Source: Candidatus Poribacteria bacterium (GTDB lineage: Bacteria > Poribacteria > WGA-4E > WGA-3G). Taken from it: a stretch of DNA of 64,000 nt. Where the stretch lies: assembly GCA_965198235.1 (NCBI GenBank), contig OZ240248.1, forward strand, positions 2,976,001 to 3,040,000. Direction: 5' to 3'. The position numbers were made by a program, and so were the translations under genes. Under the pieces are notes generated by a model, which did not search any database, was not told the DNA's origin, and saw only the letters and a program-made list of their open reading frames with translations. This document shows positions 58,882 to 64,000 of the stretch, piece after piece. Positions within the stretch are counted from its first letter, which is position 1, and the number at the start of each line of letters is the position of its first letter.

Positions 58882-61800
58882 ATGCATCACAAACGCTGCC
58901 CAAATTGTGGGTTCTTGAACCCGCCGTTCAAATTTTGCGGTGAATGTGGAACGTCCCTTGATAGTCCCTCACGTCCACGTCAAATTCCAGCAGTAGATAC
59001 CGCTGTCATGGAACAAGTATTACCGCATGGGGCAGAACGCCGCCAGTTAACCGTCCTTTTCTGTGATATTGTCGACTCCACCGCATTCACCGAAAAATTG
59101 GATCCCGAAGAACTCCGAAATCTTTTAGAGGTATACCGGACATGTATCATGGAGGTGGTTTTAGCACAAAATGGACATATCGCACGTTACTTTGGTGATG
59201 GTATCCTTGTTTATTTCGGTTACCCAATTACACACGAAGACGCAGCACACCGCGCCGTCCGAGCCGCGTTAGGTATTGTTGCCGCTATTGAGACGCTGAA
59301 CCCGTATCTCCAGGCTACCTTTGGCGTGGAAATCAACGTCCGACTTAGTATTGATACAGGGCTTGTTGTCGTCTGGCATATATCGGCGGAAGAATCTCCC
59401 GAGGCAATTGACATCGTCGGTAAAACGCCAAATGTCGCCGCAAGGATGCAAAAGTTAGCAACGCCGAACGGCATTGTCATTGGTGATACGACACATCAAT
59501 TGGTTGATGGCTTTTTTAACACCGCTGCACTCGGTGCTTCCCCACTTCGTGGCATTTCGCAACCCGTGAATGTGTATCAGGTGTCAGGTGAAATTCCTGC
59601 ACAGAGCCGATTGGATATTGCCAGCGAAAGTGGATTAACCCCTTTAATCGGGCGCGAGCGCGAGGTTGAATCACTCAAGCAGAGTTGGGCACAGGTACTG
59701 GCATCTAAAGGGCAAGCACTGCTTATTGAGGGGGAAGCCGGCATCGGAAAGTCAAGGTGTTTGCAACTCATTCAAGAGTCCGTCGAGCATCACCCAGAAG
59801 CAGTGACCATGGAATGCAGATGCTCGCCCTATTACCAGAACAGTCCGCTCTATCCTATTCTTTCGCTGTTCCAAGAGCACGTTGTACAGTTTACCAACAC
59901 CGATACCGCACAGACGCACCTTGACAAACTTGAGAATTTACTGCGCGACTACAACATCCCAACCGTCGGAGGTGATACGGCGTCCCTTTCAAATTCAGAT
60001 CGTGAAGTACAAGAGCATACGCCGGAGACCCTGCCACTTCTTGCCGAATTATTGGAGATACCTTTTGAGGTGCAACAACAAACGGTAACCGGTGTAGGCA
60101 CTCGCCCCTACGGTAGACCCGTTGAACAGGCCACATATCCATCAGGTTGGGGACGCCGACAGCGCCGACAGCAGACTTTGGAAGTGCTTGTTCAAGTCCT
60201 ACTGAAGATGGCTGAACAAAAGCCGATACTTTTTGTCGTTGAAGATCTCCACTGGATTGACCCCTCCAGCATAGAATTTCTTACACTCTTGATTACACGG
60301 ATCGAAAATGCTCGGATTTTCGCAGTTTTGTCCTGTCGCTCTGGTACGCAACCCTATAGACATGTTGAAGAAACACCCAAGCAAAAACCCCCGCTGGGGC
60401 TGAAGGGGGAAGGGCGAGAGATGGGCACGCCACACGGGAGTCGGGAATCGGAGTTCTCTCCTACCGAAATTCTGGATGGAGAAGTGCTGGAGCAACTTCT
60501 ACATCCAGAGTGGGCAAATGCGCTGACGTTGGCAGCACTCACGCCTCCGCAGGTGGAGGAGATGATTCAGCACGTCGCAGGGGACACAGCACTGCCATCG
60601 GAGGTGTTGACACGGATTATCGAAATGACCGAGGGTGTCCCTCTATTTGTTGAGGAACTCACCCAGATGATGCTTGAAAATGTATCGGGGTTACAAACCC
60701 CTCCCACATCTGAGGTGTCCGATGGAACAGATCCACATTCTCAAACAATGGAGGTGCCTGTAACGCTACAGGATTTACTGACAGCGAGATTAGACGAACT
60801 CGGTGCTGCGAAGGAGATCGTCCAACTCGGTGCAACGCTTGGAAGGGAATGGACAGCTGAATTATTACACGAGATTGCTTCTGGGATTGATCTGGAAAAT
60901 CGTCTTTTCACTGATTTCGCCTCGTTGAAAGGTGAATTGAACAAACTCGTAAACGCCTACATCCTCAATCGAAATCAGGTGGCTGACAATCAACTACGCT
61001 ATACGTTCCGACATCCGCTCCTGCGTGAGACAGCGTATCAATCTCTACTCAGGAGTAGGCGACAGCAGTACCATCAACAGATTGCAGAGGTGTTGCAAGG
61101 CGGTGGCGGTTTCCAACCCGAGTTGGTGGCACATCATTACACCGAAGCAGGTCTCCCTGAAAAAGCGATTGACTATTGGCACCGTGCCGGGCAACGTGCA
61201 CTTGAGCGTTCTGCAAACGTGGAGGGTATTCGCCATATCACACAGGGGCTTGCGGCACTTGAGGAACTTTCGACGAACGCCAGCGCACGAGAGTTGGAGG
61301 CTACCGCTCAGCGAGAATTGGAGCTGCAAACGATTCTGGGTAGCGCGCTCATTGCGACAAAAGGGTATGCCGCACCGGAAGTCGAGGTCGCCTATACGCG
61401 GGCGAGGGAGCTACTGGAAACACTTGAAAGTAAGGAACCGACCTTAGAAGGAAACACTGATTCTTCACTTGACCGCATAAAAGATCTCCGCTTTCCGATT
61501 CTGTTTGGATTATGGCTCTCTCATCTCGTGCGTGGACGATTCCTCTCTGCACGTGAACTCGGTGAACAGTGCTTTGTAATTGCCAAGCAAGTCGGAGACC
61601 CAGCTTTCGAGGTAGAGGCGCATCGAGCCCTCGGTGCAACGCTTTACTATTTAAGTGAATTCAAAGATGCATTAGCACATCTTGAGGCAGGAATTGAACT
61701 CTATCAACCGCAGCACCACCCGGTCCCGACATTTCTGCACTTCGTAGCCGATCCCGGGATGACGCTGCTCGCCTATTCTGCACCGCTCTTATGGTGTCTT

Positions 61801-62574
61801 GGCTATCCTCTGCAAGCAGAAGAACGACTTGCCGAAGCCGCAAGGATTGGAAGGGACAGAAGCCATCCTTTTAGTGATGCTGTGTTGCTCCATTTTAAAG
61901 CTGTGCTTTATCAACATCAAGATGAAGTAGAGGAAGTGGAGACCACCGCAACGCAGATGCTACAGATATGTCAAGAGCATGGATTTTCCCTTTGGGAAGC
62001 CGCCGCAACGGTGATGAAGGGTTGGGCACTCACAGAACTGAATCACTCAGAAGAGGGCATCGCGATGATACGTAAGGGCATTGCCGCATGGGAAAAGACA
62101 AGGGCTGAATTGCAACTACCGCTCTTTCTTGCACTGCTTGCACAAGCATATCAACGCGCAGGACAGTATACATTAGCCTTGCAAACACTTGATTCTGCCT
62201 TGAGTGTTGTCACACGAACAGGCGAGCGCGCCTATGATGCGGAACTCACTCGGCGGAAAGGCGAACTCTGTCTCGTCCTCGGTAAAGAGACCGAGATTGT
62301 TGGCGGAAAGGACACGACTTCTACTGTTGTAAAGGCTGAATCCTATTTTCAGGAGGCATTAGCGATAGCGCGCCGCCAAGGCGCAAAATCATGGGAGCTC
62401 CGAGCCGCTCTCAGTTTGAGCGAATTGTGGTGCACGCAAGACCGTTGTCGGGAAGCGTACAATTTGCTGAGACCGATATATCTATGGTTTTCGGAAGGTT
62501 TTGATACGAAAGACCTCCGACAGGCGAAACACCTGTTGAAAAAGCTGCAGGAAGTTAATCATAGCAACAAGTAA
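58882..62574 (+). CDS. Class III adenylate/guanylate cyclase with zinc ribbon, AAA/STAND ATPase and TPR domains
   Basis: CPNCG...FCGECG; ERRQLTVLFCDIVDST; GDG; PNVAARMQ; GEAGIGKSR; EDLHWID; SWELRAA. Confidence 0.92.
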   Translation: MHHKRCPNCGFLNPPFKFCGECGTSLDSPSRPRQIPAVDTAVMEQVLPHGAERRQLTVLFCDIVDSTAFTEKLDPEELRNLLEVYRTCIMEVVLAQNGHIARYFGDGILVYFGYPITHEDAAHRAVRAALGIVAAIETLNPYLQATFGVEINVRLSIDTGLVVVWHISAEESPEAIDIVGKTPNVAARMQKLATPNGIVIGDTTHQLVDGFFNTAALGASPLRGISQPVNVYQVSGEIPAQSRLDIASESGLTPLIGREREVESLKQSWAQVLASKGQALLIEGEAGIGKSRCLQLIQESVEHHPEAVTMECRCSPYYQNSPLYPILSLFQEHVVQFTNTDTAQTHLDKLENLLRDYNIPTVGGDTASLSNSDREVQEHTPETLPLLAELLEIPFEVQQQTVTGVGTRPYGRPVEQATYPSGWGRRQRRQQTLEVLVQVLLKMAEQKPILFVVEDLHWIDPSSIEFLTLLITRIENARIFAVLSCRSGTQPYRHVEETPKQKPPLGLKGEGREMGTPHGSRESEFSPTEILDGEVLEQLLHPEWANALTLAALTPPQVEEMIQHVAGDTALPSEVLTRIIEMTEGVPLFVEELTQMMLENVSGLQTPPTSEVSDGTDPHSQTMEVPVTLQDLLTARLDELGAAKEIVQLGATLGREWTAELLHEIASGIDLENRLFTDFASLKGELNKLVNAYILNRNQVADNQLRYTFRHPLLRETAYQSLLRSRRQQYHQQIAEVLQGGGGFQPELVAHHYTEAGLPEKAIDYWHRAGQRALERSANVEGIRHITQGLAALEELSTNASARELEATAQRELELQTILGSALIATKGYAAPEVEVAYTRARELLETLESKEPTLEGNTDSSLDRIKDLRFPILFGLWLSHLVRGRFLSARELGEQCFVIAKQVGDPAFEVEAHRALGATLYYLSEFKDALAHLEAGIELYQPQHHPVPTFLHFVADPGMTLLAYSAPLLWCLGYPLQAEERLAEAARIGRDRSHPFSDAVLLHFKAVLYQHQDEVEEVETTATQMLQICQEHGFSLWEAAATVMKGWALTELNHSEEGIAMIRKGIAAWEKTRAELQLPLFLALLAQAYQRAGQYTLALQTLDSALSVVTRTGERAYDAELTRRKGELCLVLGKETEIVGGKDTTSTVVKAESYFQEALAIARRQGAKSWELRAALSLSELWCTQDRCREAYNLLRPIYLWFSEGFDTKDLRQAKHLLKKLQEVNHSNK

Positions 62575-62593
62575 ACAGAATCGTTCAGTTTTC

Positions 62594-62697
62594 CCGTAGG
62601 AGGATCTCCGAATCCCGACTTCTGATGACTGATAACTGAGAACTATGTAGGAGGGATCTCCGAATCCCGACTCTTGCTGACGGCTAACTGACAACTA
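62594..62697 (+). repeat. Two REP-like GTAGGAG(G)GATCTCCGAATCCCGA copies with heptamer tails
   Basis: Near-identical to 47421-47444; reverse-complement relatives near 53830 and 60437. Confidence 0.8.
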
Positions 62698-62714
62698 TTT
62701 GGGAGGGGAACATT

Positions 62715-63575
62715 ATGAGACTTGGCGTTGTTGGGCTCTGTGGGGACTTTTGCACCCTCACATCGGATGAGATCGCAAAAATCAAAGCGTTAGAGTTTAC
62801 CGGTTTAAGTTTCCATTTCCGCAGCGCCGAGATTCCATCTGTACCGCCAGATGCTGATACCCGCTGTGTGCAAATGTTAGAAGCCGCGGAACTTGACCTT
62901 GTGCAATTCGGCATAACTTACGAGGAATGCCTTTTTCATCCAAATGCCGCTGTCCGAAAAGCAGGTATTGCCAGCGTCCAACGCGGCATGGCAACCGCTG
63001 CCTCTCTCAATGCACACCATTATCTATTTCGTGCAGGTAGCCTCAACCCTGATGGTGCTTGGACATCCCATCGAGATAACCATCTACCAGAATCGATGGA
63101 ACGGTTGATTGACACTTTGAAACCAATTGCAGAACATGCCGAACGGCACGAACTGACCCTTGTTATGGAAACACATGCAGTTTCAATTATGGATTCACCA
63201 GAAACCTGTCGCGAGGTGGTGGAGCGTGTCGGTTCCGAAAGGCTTCGCATTGTCATGGATTTCGTCAATCACTTTCAAACACTTCGACAGGTCTATGAGA
63301 GCGAGGCACGGCTTAACCACATTTTCGATGTCATGGGACCGGTCGCGCCGATGGCGCATATCAAAGACATCAGCGTGCAGAACGGTTTGGTCCTCCATCT
63401 CGATGAAGAGGTACCCGGCGAGGGTGAATTGGCACTTGGTGTAGCATTAAAACGTTTTGACGCACTCTATCCCGATGGCTACGGATTGATAGAACATCTC
63501 CCTGCGGAGAAAATCCCACTCGCGAACGCGAATGTCCGGCGAATTGCCGCCGAAAACGGAGTCCATATTTTTTAA
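62715..63575 (+). CDS. Sugar phosphate isomerase/epimerase (TIM barrel)
   Basis: VMETH, MDFVN, AHIKD, PGEG, IEH. Confidence 0.85.
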   Translation: MRLGVVGLCGDFCTLTSDEIAKIKALEFTGLSFHFRSAEIPSVPPDADTRCVQMLEAAELDLVQFGITYEECLFHPNAAVRKAGIASVQRGMATAASLNAHHYLFRAGSLNPDGAWTSHRDNHLPESMERLIDTLKPIAEHAERHELTLVMETHAVSIMDSPETCREVVERVGSERLRIVMDFVNHFQTLRQVYESEARLNHIFDVMGPVAPMAHIKDISVQNGLVLHLDEEVPGEGELALGVALKRFDALYPDGYGLIEHLPAEKIPLANANVRRIAAENGVHIF

Positions 63576-63646
63576 ACTGTTTTTTACTTATTAAGCTCCT
63601 GGACATCGTTTCACGATGGTGTCCGGTGAATTTCAAAGGAGTTTTG

Positions 63647-64000
63647 ATGATGAAAGGTTTTCTAAGGACATTCATATTCCCCTCTCCACCCCGTAGGGGG
63701 TTTTTGCTTGGGTGTTTTTTCAAAATCTCTGTAGAGAGAATAGCATGCTTAATTCTTGTTTCGATCTTTTTCATACTTCTGCACTCAGCGTTCGGGCAAG
63801 AATCCAATGTTGTTGAGGAGGTCCAAAAACAGGCGCAGAGTTGGTGGTCAAACACGCAGGTCTACGTTGGGGTTATCCTTCTCGTCTTTATAATCAGTAG
63901 CGTTGGATATGTAATAAGGCTCTTTAAAAAAGACAAACTTCTTAAGAAGCTTCTGAATAAATACGTCGTTTTTCAGATGAAGGATGGCAGACGTTACCGA
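63647..64000 (+). CDS. Membrane/exported hypothetical protein, runs off the window edge (not in ORF track)
   Basis: AAGGAG RBS; MMKGFLRT...LILVSIFFILLHSAFGQE...VYVGVILLVFIISSVGYVIRLFKKDK. Confidence 0.65.
   Translation, partial: MMKGFLRTFIFPSPPRRGFLLGCFFKISVERIACLILVSIFFILLHSAFGQESNVVEEVQKQAQSWWSNTQVYVGVILLVFIISSVGYVIRLFKKDKLLKKLLNKYVVFQMKDGRRYR

Noticed and set aside
1-64000. rRNA, tRNA, prophage or integrase
   Set aside because: None recognised on either strand by eye

Overview
A gene-dense bacterial chromosomal window. It is probably from Candidatus Poribacteria or a relative; this is inferred from several secreted LamG/concanavalin proteins ending in a shared VxPxxKLxTTWGxxK tail, plus PhyH, CRTAC1/FG-GAP, TPR and TIM-barrel epimerase genes. 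Housekeeping genes (pheT, menG, serA, tatA, msrA, trxB, moaC, a DegP-like protease) are scattered among accessory genes. These include a type IIG restriction-modification fusion, an orphan amino-methyltransferase and a decayed island at 49.6-53.6 kb (VapBC, IS630, an IS3 relic and two gene fragments). No rRNA, tRNA or CRISPR array was seen. Four signals stand out. (1) Dispersed REP/MITE-like repeats, into which a 23-nt micro-module (TGAAGAAACACCCAAGCAAAAAC) is nested. (2) The same repeats sit in frame inside several open genes and form their starts and stops. (3) Two IS200/IS605-type right-end relics, one carrying an IsrB/IscB-like RuvC fragment, end exactly on the ATGA start codons of pheT and of a DUF6178-like gene. 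(4) A candidate C-terminal sorting motif is shared by six ORFs. Family names were recognised by eye from motifs; no database search was run.
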